Shown piece by piece: positions 25,747-37,061 of a DNA stretch of 64,000 bases. Source of the stretch: Blastocladiella emersonii ATCC 22665 (Eukaryota > Fungi > Blastocladiomycota); NCBI GenBank assembly GCA_025594325.1, contig JANHCV010000001.1, forward strand, positions 992,001 to 1,056,000, read 5' to 3'. Numbering within the stretch: position 1 is the first letter of the stretch; every line of letters begins with the position of its first letter. The notes below the pieces were generated by a model that worked only from the letters and a program-made list of their open reading frames with translations, was not told where the DNA came from and searched no databases. The position numbers and the translations under genes are program-made.

Positions 25747-26107
25747 GGAAGTCGGTCTGGTTGGCTGTCACGGCGTGCATGCATCGAGTTGCGCGGCCAT
25801 GGCCGCCGCCGCTGCCGCCGCCGACGCGTCTGTGCGAGCGGGAAAGCCGCGGTGATGGGTGTGGCAGGTGCCCCTCAGAGCGGGCGCCGGTCCTCGGTTG
25901 AGTCTTTGTGGGCCGAGCCTCTCGCCTCGCTCCGCCATCCACCGCCCCGCCCATGCATCTCTGAATCGAGTCAACCGGCCCCCGAGTCCCCGCAACGCAA
26001 CGAGTGATGCACCATGCCGCGCCGCCGCTCCGACTCGTCAAAGTCGGCCGACCGCCCGCTCGACTTGGGTGCGGCTCCTCCCCTCTCCGAATCCTGCCAC
26101 TGCCACC

Positions 26108-28610
26108 ATGGCCCGCGTCCTCGTCCTCGTCGCACCCTCGCCCATGGCTCACCAGCCGCAGATGGATCGTACAGAGCTCGCGCAGCAGCGGAACCCGCGC
26201 GCCGGCCGCGCCTCGCGCCCGTCGCCCGCTAACGGCAAGGGCATCGCCGCCCCGCTGTTCGCCTTCCTCGACCTGCCCATGGACCTGCAGATCCGCGTCC
26301 TGTGCTTCCTGACCCCCGAGGAGATCCACACGTGCGGCCGGTACGCTGATGCTGCTCGCGCGCTCGACCTCGGATCAGCCATTGGCTGACACCCGCCCGT
26401 GCGCATCACCCGCTGTCAGTGCCAACAAGTACACCTGGAACCTCATCACCAGCGACTGGCCATGGCGCGACAAGTTCTTCCGCGACTTTCGCGGCTCGCC
26501 CGTCGTGTACGCCGCCGCCCGGATCGTTTCCCGCCCCACCGCCCGCGGCGCGCTCACATCACCCCGAACCTCTAGAACCATGGGCCGCTCGTGGTGCTCC
26601 GAGTACACGCGCCGCTTCGACCTGTGGGAGAAGCTCGCCGGCCACATCCTGCAGCCCTACACCACGCGCGTCCGCGCCGTCGCCTCCATGTTCGTCGACG
26701 CCGCGCACGAGCTCGTCCTGTCCGACGCCGCCCAGGGACTCGTGCTGCGCTACCAGCTCGCCAACGGCCGCGTCACCCAGGTCGGCCGCCACGCCTCGCG
26801 CATCGGCGACACCCTGTGCATGGACGCCGACCCGCTGCGCACCGCCTTTGCCTCGCACCGCCGCGTCTGCTTCCTCATGGGCAACCGCGGCGGCGCTTCG
26901 TACCGCCAGGTCGACCGTAACCTCGACGTCCCGCCCGTCATCGTCAAGTGGGCCGCGGACCCGGCCCGCCCGCGTGCGTGTGTCGTCGCGCTCGCGTCGA
27001 CCCAGCTCGAGTACTTTGACATGGACGCGAACCCGATTGTACAGTTGCAGTCCCCGCGCCTCGCCAACACCTCGATCCCGGGCGTCTCGGCGCTGTGCGT
27101 CACACAGGCACACTGCACGCTCGCCGCCGTCCGCGACTCGGTCTTCATTCTCGACACGCCGGGCGGGCCAAACCCGGAGTGGGGCGCGCCGCGTGTGTGG
27201 CACTCGCCTGCCGCCGCCGCAGCAGCAGCCGTCGACGGCGAGCCGGCCGGCTACATGGGGACCGAGGAGCCCGTCGGCGACATTGACGCGGTCATGTACA
27301 ACTGCCAGCTCCACCCGCACGCCTTTGTCCGTCTCCGCAGCCAGCCCAACCTCGTCTTTGTCGTCAACGTCGTGGACGCAGAAACCGTCTGCACCCTCGA
27401 GCACGACGCTGCCGTTACGTCGTGGACCTGGCACGCGGGGCCGGGGGTCAACACGCTCGCTGCGCCCGCCCCCACCGCGGATGAGGTGCCGCCAGCCGAG
27501 TCGGCCGAACCAGTACCAGAATCTTCGTTGGACCCGTCCCCGCCACTACCACCGGCAGCAGCAGACCCAGAACGACCACCAGCTACACCACCCCGAACCA
27601 AACCCACGAACGGCCGCCGCTCGCCCGCCCCGCCGCGGCCACCCGTCGCGCCCGAGGACATGCTCGCGGTCCTCGTGACCGGCGACGCCGACGGGAGCGT
27701 GCGCATGTGGTCGGCCGCCTCAACCTCGCCGCGCGGCACCCTGCTCCGGCACCTGCGCAGCCAGCAGGGCTCCGTCGCCGCCCTCTACGCCGACGCCGGG
27801 TGCGTGCTCTCGGCCACGCCCGCGGGCTGGGTGCTCGTGTGGGACCCCGTCTCGGGCGAGTGCCGCCGCCGCATCCAGGCCCGCGCGCGCGACAACGAGG
27901 AGCCCGTCGCCTTCATCGCCAAGGGGTCGCGCCAGACGGACCACCGCATCTACCTCGGGTTCCGCTCGGGCGCTGTCAAGGTCATCGAGCCGCGCACGCG
28001 GCGGACGCGGCGGAAGCATTTCCGCGCGGCCCAGGCTGAGGCGGCGGCGAACGGTGGCCGGAGTAGCGGGAACGGGAGCGGGAGCCGGATCAATAGCTCG
28101 ACCAATATCTGTACGTTTCCCGCGCTCGCTTCCTTCGCGACCTCGCTAACCTGACGACGTTCGCACGTAGACGCCGACATCGAGGACGAGCTCACCGACC
28201 TGTCGCACCGCCAGGTCGAGCTCGACCGGCTGCAGACGCACGCCAAGCGCATCAACGGCACCGCCGAGCTGACCGAGGCTGAGATGCTGCAGCTCGCGCT
28301 GTCGCTGTCGCACGACGCGGACTGGGAGCCGTGGCCGGGCGACGTGGACGTCGACGTGGACGTCGACGTGGACGCGTCGTTTGTCTCGTCCTCGAGCGGC
28401 GCTGCTGGCCACGAAGACGAGGATGCGTCGCTCGCCGCCGCGCTCGCCCTCATCGAGCGCGACAACTTGCCGCCCGCCATCACGCCCGTCCGGCCGCCGA
28501 CCCCGCCGCCCGCGCCGCTCTCGGGCGCCGTCGTCGAGGAGTGGAATCTTGGGATCTCCGAAGAGGAGGCGCTGCGTTTTGCTCTCGAGCAGAGCCTCCT
28601 AGATCAGTGA
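26108..28610 (+). CDS. F-box/WD40-repeat protein with C-terminal UIM-like motifs, ~4 exons
   Basis: Kozak-like CCACCATGG at 26108. F-box FLDLPMDLQIRVLCFLTPEEI. WD motifs LVTGDADGSVRMWS and GWVLVWDP. UIM-like TEAEMLQLALSLS and SEEEALRFALEQSL. Confidence 0.75.
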
Positions 28611-28774
28611 ACTGTGTGGCGCGATAATACAAAATCAAACTGTCTCGCATCGACCTGAAACTGTCTCGCGTCTCCCACGTGATTTCGCGTCGCGTCCAAT
28701 TTGATGTCGCGGGGACCGATCAGAAGCTTCCCACAAGCTCTCAACATGCAGCGTATGGATGCAGACGTAACAAC

Positions 28775-30649
28775 ATGAACTTTGCCTGGATCAAGCTCCC
28801 CTTTCTGCGGTCGCTGGCAGTGATCCTGGTCGCGTCCGTCGCGTCGGCCGGTCTTGGCGTTGGCATGTCATATGCGGTTGGGATGATTCCGTACGACATG
28901 TACCCGGACCGAGACGACTTTTACACCCGGTTCGACGCGCTCCGCGCGCTATGGGGCATTAGCTTGACGATCTTCTGGGTCCCGTTGGTCTACGTCCTCG
29001 CCAAACACTTTGCAATCATCTTTCCCGAGCTCGCCATACGGGATCCTGTCTCGCGCAAGTGGAATTGGCCCGTGGTCTTACTCTTTGCTGCAGCTTCGGC
29101 GATTCTCGTCTTCCGTCTCGTCTATGGGCCGCTGATCATCGCTCAAGTAGTCGGTGCCTACGTCGACATGAACCCACTCGACTACGTGCTTGGTGCGTTC
29201 TCTACTTTTTCAGCGCCAATTCCACTTTAGTTGAACACCGCCGCATCCAGAACAGACGACCTTCGCGCTGGTGTGCGGGCTCGCCCCAATCCTTCTGCGT
29301 ATCCAAGCGAGACGGCTGCTTCCCGAACACGAAAAGCACCGCGCGTCGTTCCGCTCACCGACGCCCGTCTTTGTCCTCATGGCCGTCGTCGGCTGGATCC
29401 TGACCATGGAGGGCTACCGCATCGGCTTCCCAATCACCATCCTCGGCGTCGCGCTCAGCGTAGTGTACACGTTCGCCTGGGTGTATTACCACAAGCGCAA
29501 GGGTCGCACGGACCGGATCCGCGGACACTTTGATCTCGCTGTGTCGTACTTTCTCGGCTACTTTCTGCTGCGCGTCGTCAGCTTCGCGGGCCAGCGGCTG
29601 CCCGCGCTCATCGAGGAGCTGCTGGACACGGACGCGTTTGAGCTGTATGAGCTCGTCTCGCCGGTGCTGTGGGCGGGGATCATGATGGCCAACACGCTTC
29701 TTATGGAGAAGACGGTGCCGCTTGTGTACCACACGCCGGACTCCTGGATGGTTTTCGTCTATCGCGTGCGTAATGCTCACGCCTCCTCGTTTACGGCTCT
29801 AATCAAATGAACCGCCTGTAGTACGCACAGGATCTCTTTAGCATCGCTGGTGCCCTTCTCTCGCTCACAACCCGCCGGGCGACCCTTGCGTACACTGGCC
29901 TCCTGGTGCTATCGATCCTGGTCCTTGACGCTGGCTTCGTCGACGACCTTTTACTCACGATCTCCCGGAAAACGTGGCGATTGTACAGCACATCACAAAT
30001 CACCCCCGTCCGGCGTGACGCTTCAGGCCTGGAAGCAGGGTCAGCCTCGGCCGCTCGCACGACTCAACTCCAGCTGCTCGCCGCCAAATCCGAGGTCAAG
30101 CTCCCGCAAACGCCGATTCAGGTACTCCCTTGGTACGACTGTCCGTCGGGCCGCTTGCTCACTTTTCGCGTCAAACAGGAGGCCACGTTACAATCGAGCC
30201 CGTGCTCAATTGCCGAATCGCCCACAGTGCTTTTGACCTCACATCAATCGCAATCAAGATCATCGAGGTCAACATGGACATTGCGAGACCACGTCCACCG
30301 CCAGATCGACCGAGCGCAGCACTACTTGATCGCGCGATGTGCATCGCTGGCCTCGTTCGGGCTCGCCGTTGGTGTTGGCCCCGTCCCGATCCTGACCCTG
30401 AGTCCCACAAACTCGGCCATCGCGCCAACGACCGTCATAGCGTACTTTTGCGTGGGCTCACTTGCCGCGTGGATCGTCGCGATCCAGATTCTTCAGTTCA
30501 AGGTCAGACGCGCGAACAAGCACTGCGCGAACGGCGCGTTGCCGCTCGCGATGTGGCAGGTCTCGTTGCGCGACTGCCTCTCGCCATCGCTCGTGGTCGC
30601 GCAGGTCTTGGTCACGAGCCTGATGCAGTTCTCGCCACTCGATTTATAG
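28775..30649 (+). CDS. Orphan multi-pass (~12 TM) membrane protein, paralog A, 3 exons
   Basis: Many hydrophobic segments. Introns ~29192-29250 and ~29767-29821. Shares PFLRSL, HFAxxxPxL, IxGHFDL, WMxFVxR, RxxxRAQ and WQVxxxxxLS motifs with paralog B. Confidence 0.7.
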
Positions 30650-30825
30650 CAAGTAACGCCACGCGCGTCATTGAACTGGGAACCTGCGAAAGTGGAAGAT
30701 CAGAGGATCCATCAGAAGGCATCAGGTGCTCGCCCTGAACGCTAACGGCTTGTATCCATGCATGCATGCATGCACGCCAGACCTCACAATATCGTCTCTT
30801 TCTACGTTCTCAACACAAGCCAAGA

Positions 30826-31560
30826 TGCAGCTCAATGAATTACAGTGGACACGCGAACGAAGTGCTGGCCAAGACATAGGCGACTGGTTTGCCGCCGTTG
30901 GGGCGTATGACTGTCTCAAGCTTGGACAGCTTGAGCATTCGAATGTTGATCCTGCCACGGCCCAGGTATTACTGGGCCCAAGTACGAACAAGCGATCGCT
31001 TGCGCGGCGATTTGGGCACGGTCGGCACCAGAGTGTTGAAAAGATCGCCGAGCGGATCTCCTCCAACGTCTTCTTCGCGTCAAAACGACTCAAGCACATG
31101 GCTCGGACGTTCAAGGCCAACGCCCAGCGATTCGTCGAAAAGGCCGGAGCGCTGGAAGCTATCAATGGAGGAACATAAATCCCGCGAGCGTACTTCGAGG
31201 AGATAGTTCTTGGCTTTCGCATCCATAAGATCCGGCTCAAGGACATGATGGACAAGGTTGAATAGTCTCCGCGCGATTGGACAAAATTCGTGTTCAGAAA
31301 GGTTGTGCGACGTGGACAAAGGGCTACAAAGCAACATTGAAGCAACATCTCAAGCTTGAACGTGAACTCGATCTACTCGAGCAAGAAATTGACTAGGTCT
31401 CGAAGCCCTGCAGCAAGCTGCAAACTCAATTCGACTCGTTGGTGATCTGGTTGTTCCACCCAGCCGTGCGACCCTTTTTATTTCAATATTAATAAACGCT
31501 AATCTTTCTAGACGTTCATGCTGAGTAAAGGTGGTTATGGAGCTCGGCAAACTCGAGCAA
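30826..31560. other. Lower-GC decayed coding-like segment of unknown origin (possible transposon remnant)
   Basis: On + the frame from 30826 continues through in-frame stops. Composition differs from flanking genes. No confident family motif. Confidence 0.3.
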
Positions 31561-31599
31561 TAACCTTCAGGGAATGAGAATCAATTCCCCCGGATGTCT

Positions 31600-32055
31600 C
31601 GTTGGCCTCGTTTGGGCTCTCTGTCCGAGTGTGTCCCGCCCCGATACTGACTTTGAGTCCCTCCAACTCGGCCATCGCGCCATCGACCGTCATCGCGTAG
31701 GTTTGCGTGGGATCGCTCGTTGCGTGGATCGTGGCGGTTCAGATTCTTCAGCTTTGGGTCAGACGTTCGAACAAGCACCGCGCGCACGGCGCTCGCGATG
31801 TGGCAGGTCTCGTTGCGCGACTGCCTCTCGCCGTCACTCGTGGTCGCGCAGGTCTTGGTCACGAACCTGATGCAGTTCTCGCCACTCGATATACAGCAAG
31901 AGAATACATGCGAAGGCCATATTTCTCCGGTGTGCTTGGCGTGGTGCGACTTCTGGATGCCGTCGCATTGACATCATCACGTCGACCGAGCTCAGCACTA
32001 CTTGATTGTACGATGTGCCCCGCTGGCCTCGTTCGAGCTCGCCGTTAGAGTGGGC
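31600..32055 (+). pseudogene. Two shuffled, disabled copies of the 3' part of membrane paralog A
   Basis: 31600-31890 aligns with ~30345-30645 but has TAC>TAG and a deletion before GCTCGCGATGTGG. 31983-32050 aligns with ~30306-30378, the segment upstream of it in A, so the order is reversed. Confidence 0.8.
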
Positions 32056-32315
32056 GCCGTCTAATTTTTTGTGAAGTACACGCTGAACGTTAAGGGAGGA
32101 CAAAATGCTTTGTACCGACATGACCCTCGACGTCGGTCGCGGGCTGGGTCTCGAGGCGACAAAGTTCCAAAGCTCGAAGTGTGGCGCAGCGCGTCTCGCA
32201 CCTGTCAAGTGATGTGAGACACGCGGTTTGCTCACCCGATCGTGAGTGTTCCGTGTTGAAACGCCCTGTGTAACTTGATTAAACTTGATGTCTAAGCAAA
32301 TGAACTTGCTGCAAG

Positions 32316-34957
32316 ATGATCCGGCTTATTCTCTCGCGGATCGCTCAAAAGTGGCGGTCGGGTAATCCATTTCTGCGGTCACTCACGGTCGCTGTCGGCG
32401 TTGGTGTGCTCGCGATGGCGCTTTGGGCCAGCATCGACATGTGGGTCACCTATTACGGCCTCGATTGGGGCCCCGAGTGGGCCGCGGTCGAGCCACTCGC
32501 GGTTCACTTCGCCGTTACCCTTCAGGAACTCTTCATGGTGCTGTACTGGGCACTCGTCGCTGTCTTCACCCAGCAGCACTTTGCAGTCGTCTATCCAGAT
32601 TTGCTTTCCCTGCGACCAATACCTCGTCGGCCACATTCGTCCGATTTACCGCCGCCGCATCACGACGGAGTCCGTGGATGGAAACCCAGCTCAAACTCCA
32701 CGGTCGCAAACGAGACGCATCGAAGGCGGTTTCCAATTATCAAAGTCTGGTCCACGATCGTTACCCTTGCGCTCCTTATTCGCCTTGGCCTCAGTATCGC
32801 CGCTTTGGCCATCGTCGCCTCGCTCATCAAGCAAGGAAGCGGGGAGGTCAGTCCTTCATTGACCTTTTGGAATCCCGTCGCGCATCAAAAGGCCTTCGAG
32901 CGCACATTCTTTTTCTTCTTCTGTGTTGTCACGCCTCTCATCTTTCGTATCTATCTCTGGTATTGCGCCCGGGGCACGCCGACGCGAGAGACGTACTTCT
33001 CGCCGCTCGGGCCACTGATTGCTGCGACCACAATCACTGCCCGCCTCTACACCGACTTCAAGGAGCTGGGCGTAGTGTTCATCGTGCTTTTGGTCAGCAC
33101 GCTGCTCTGCTCCTTCTTGTACATCAACTTGAACGTGTGGCGCCGCACGATTGCCAACATCCAGGGCCACTTTGACCTGGTGTACCTGTTCTACGCTTGT
33201 ACGAACGTCAGCACTGGTTGAGCTTGCGCTCGTCCTGACAGCCCGCTTCCGTGTAGCCTATTTCATCACCCAAGGCCTGAACCTCGCCTCACCCGCGATC
33301 CCGGCGCTCCTAAAGCACATGCTCCCGAAACTCTCGTCGTCCGCGCTCGCCGTGCTCGCTCCGATGCTGTACCGCATGCTCATGAGCGCGAGCGTGATCG
33401 TGGCCGATGCGGCGATCCCGCACGTCTTCTCGCGTTCCGACCAGTGGATGGGATTCGTGTTTCGGGTATGTCCCATCTCGCCCAGTGGCGCGGCCGTGTC
33501 ACTCACCAATCCCTCGACTTGCGCGCTAGCTGTCCAAGGAACTCGCGGTCACGGGCATGGCGATGATCACGCTGTACCACTCGGACGCGGTCCCCTCGTA
33601 CGTCGGCCTCAACTTCTTCTTCATCGTGGTCAGCGACGCGGGTCTCGTCCAGGACTTGCTCTTCTGCGCGTGGAACCGGACGTGGCCATGGCACCTGTAC
33701 CACGCCAAACACTTTGACTTGGCCGCGGCTGCCGCGACTGAGAAGCCGGCTGCTGCCCCGACCATTGGACGAGGCTCTCTTGGCGTCAAGACCGTGCGAA
33801 CAAACGAGTTCACGTCCTCTGCCCTCTTGCCCATCATCGAGGATGCGCAATGGTCACGATCATCTGTCGCACTTGAGCCTATCGACGTGGCCTCTTCATC
33901 GGCCAGCGCACTGCCCTCAAATCCGCACTTGATACCGCCTGGTCGCAAAGCACCACCTCCCCGGCTGGCCATCTCGACCATCGCACGCTCGCCTTCAGCC
34001 GACTCACTCGCCATGTCCCCTGTCGAGTACGAGCTCACGACGCCTCCCTCATCTCCCGTCCGGCTCGGCCCGCTCGACAACCGCACCAGCATCATCACTT
34101 CGGACGGCACCCGTCCGCCCGCACCAACCCGCCCGATCGCGCTTCCGCTCCCGTTCCGCGTCCACCTGCTCGTGACGCGTGAGGTGGAGCGCGCACAGCT
34201 GTCCTTCATCTCGCGCATCGCGAGTATCGCGTGCTTCTTCTTCTACTCGCTGACGCCGGCCCAGGCGTACGAGCTGCCCGCCGACTACTACGTGTGGGCG
34301 TACTCGACGCTCGCGCATATCACGTCGTCGACGCTGATCCCGTGGATCGTCGTGTTCCCGGTGCTCAAGTGGAAGATGCGCCGTGTCCAGGGCCATGCGG
34401 CCGTGGTGGGTGCAAGTCCTCCGCAGTCGCATGGCTCGGGGCTGCTTGAGATGCAGCCCGCCGCGTCTAGCAGCAGCTCGCCGAGCCCTGTACCTGGCAC
34501 CCTGGCGCGCGACGGCGACGCGGGTCCGGGCAGCGGCGAGCTTGACGCAGACTCCCCGGCCGTCGACTCGCCGGCCGTCGCCACACCGATCCGCCCGCTG
34601 CGCAGCGGGTCAACGTCGCGGCCAGCCCGACCGTCGACGACCTCGACGCTGCCGCACCAGCGCTCGTCGGTGACCAGCGGTACTCTCGGCCGGCTGATGG
34701 CTACGCTGGGCCGCGGCGGTACCTCGCTCGCGCGCGGGTCGGTCCACTTCCCGTGGTCGACGGCCGGCCGCACGGTCGAGGAGCGCGAGGCGATCCATCG
34801 CGCGGCCACGAGTCCCGGCCGGTGGGGTCCGCGGCTGCAGCTGTGGCAGGTCGACTTTGACGCGACGCTATCGCGCACGCTGGTGTTGACGCTGCTCGTA
34901 TTCAGCTGCGCGGTGCGGTTTGGCCCGCTGCAGGCGATCTCTATCCCTGCGCCGTGA
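32316..34957 (+). CDS. Orphan multi-pass (~12 TM) membrane protein, paralog B, 3 exons, with long Ser/Pro-rich loops
   Basis: ORFs 32316..33221, 33151..33717 and 33557..34957 join through GTACGA...GTGTAG and GTATGT...CTAG introns. Motifs collinear with paralog A. Confidence 0.75.
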
Positions 34958-35025
34958 TTGTTCGAGGCGTGATTATAAAGACTGTATGTACACCGTCAGC
35001 GCGTCTAGAACTACAACTACTACTG

Positions 35026-36453
35026 CTACTGGCAGAACACGTCGATCTTGTTCTCGTCGGGCGCCAGGCTCCGTGCGAGGAGAAAGTCGTCGTCGTCGGT
35101 CATGGTGACGAGCTCGCCGTCCTCGTCGCGGAACAGGATGCGGAACTTGTTGGCGTTGAACTTTTCCGCGATCTTGTCGTACAGCTCGTCGAACGACGCG
35201 TCGCCCGGCAGCAGGATCATGCGCTTGTCGCCGAAATCGACCTTGACGCGGAGCTTGCCCTGGATGATACTCCCCTGCGAGCTCATGTAGTCGGCTCCGC
35301 CCCCGCCACGGCCACCGCCCCCGCCGCCGTTGCCGTAGTCGGGCTCGCCACCGCGGCCGCCCGTGTACGGACTCCGTGGCGGGTTGGGCGGTGGCGTCAT
35401 GTCGTCGCGGCGGCGGCCCATGGACCCGGGGTTCCGCGAGCTTCCGGCGGGCGACGACGGGTACCCGCCGCGGTCGGCCACGTCGCCGGGGTACGCGCGG
35501 TCGATGCGCGGGGCCTCGTCGACGGGCGACCGGCGCGACAGCGTCGGCGCAGACGGACGTCGTGGTGGCCCGCGCGACGCCGTGTCGACGCGCATCGGTT
35601 CCGCCGGCAGCGAGCGTTTCCGCTCCAGCGTGCGGATGGGTTTGATCTCGGGCTCGGGTTCCTACGCGGGATGAGGTTAGCACACGAGCTGAAAAGGGGG
35701 GCGGGGGCAGCGTACGATGAGGTTCATGCCGCGTGCGCCCTTGAACTCGATGAAATTGTCGTTGGGGTCGGTGGCGGCGACGACCTTGCTGCGGCCGAGG
35801 TAGTCGACCTTGCCGGCGTTGGCGATCTTGTGCTTGGCGGGCTTGTAGAGGAGGTTGGCGGGGACCTGGAACAGCTGGCAGCCGTCGCCGCGGTACTGCA
35901 TGGCCTCGTTGATGATGTCGTGGTCGGGGATGTGCTTGGCCTTGGCGGCCTGGGCGAGCAGCTGCAGGGCGGCGCCCTCGTCGCCGAGCTGGAACAGGAC
36001 CAGGGCGCGGTTGTACATGACCTCGCACGCGTACAGCTTGTACTCGAGGCCGAGCTGCGTGTAGTCGATGGCGTGGGTGCCGCGGAAGTAGATGAGCGCG
36101 TCCTCGAACACGGCGTCGGCCTGCTCGAAGCTGCCGAGAATGTACAGCGACACGCCCTGCTGGAAGTAGGCCACGGACAGGAAGTTGTCGCAGCCAATCG
36201 AGTCGCCGAACGCCATGATCTAGGGACGAGGCGCGGCGTCAGCCGGGTTGCGCTCAGGGACCATGACGAGAGCGGAGGGGAACCGTACCGCGTCCTCGTG
36301 CTGGCCGAGCGACTGGTAAATCATGCCGAGGTTGTAGTGAATCTTGGACGAGTCGGCAATGGGCTGGAACAGGTCGAGGGCCGCCTCGTAGTCGCCCGAC
36401 TCGTACGCCTTGACGGCCTCGTCCCACTGCACGAGCTCCTGCTTGAGCGACAT
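35026..36453 (-). CDS. noxR: NADPH oxidase regulator NoxR (p67phox-like: TPR repeats and PB1), 3 exons
   Basis: MSLKQELVQWDEAVKAY...ADSSKIHYNLG; FLSVAYFQQGV; FRGTHAIDYTQLGLEYKLYACEVMYNRAL; DYLGRSKVVAA; PB1 KLRVKVDFGD...FRDEDGELVTMTDDDD. Confidence 0.92.
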
Positions 36454-37061
36454 GGTTCACGGACTCGGTGGTGGCAGCGGTAGCGGCGCGGCGGCGTAGT
36501 AGTGCGAGGCCGAGGTCGGTAGCGCGGGCTCAGTCCTTCGACGAAGAGCTAACTTCGAGAATGCGGGTGGGTCGGCGGAGCGAGAGAGTGCCGATGGCGG
36601 TAGCCGCGCGTTGCGAGTTCCGCACTTCCGTTAGCTTCGTGGGGTAGTTGTTTCGTAAGGGCGCCGGCGCGGTGGGTTGCTCGACCCGTGCGGGGAGAGA
36701 GCGGCAACTTCTGCAGCAGCCCGCCGGCCGGCCGTCCGTCCACCCGGGCACACACACACGCTTGCGTGCACCACGGACGGGTGGCGCAGGCGCAGGCGCA
36801 GTTCATTTCATGACGTGTGCGTAGACAAGTGGGGGAGCGCGAGCGGCGCGTGGCTTGGCCGCGAGGCGCGGGCCGTTTCGTCGCGCACGTGGCCATGACC
36901 GCGGTCCGACGCGTCGCGCGTCACCCTCCTTCGTGCTGCGCCACCTCTCCTTCCGCGCCACACTGCTCCTCTGCCCCGCGCTGAACCGGTGCATAGCTTC
37001 ATGAAACGGACCTGAACACACTGGGGCACCTTCTGGAATCACCCAGCCACCACCACTACCC

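Noticed and set aside
28637-28669. Short direct repeat AAACTGTCTCGC x2 upstream of membrane paralog A
   Set aside because: 12 bp in two copies with no other occurrence noticed. It could be a promoter element but is not supportable.
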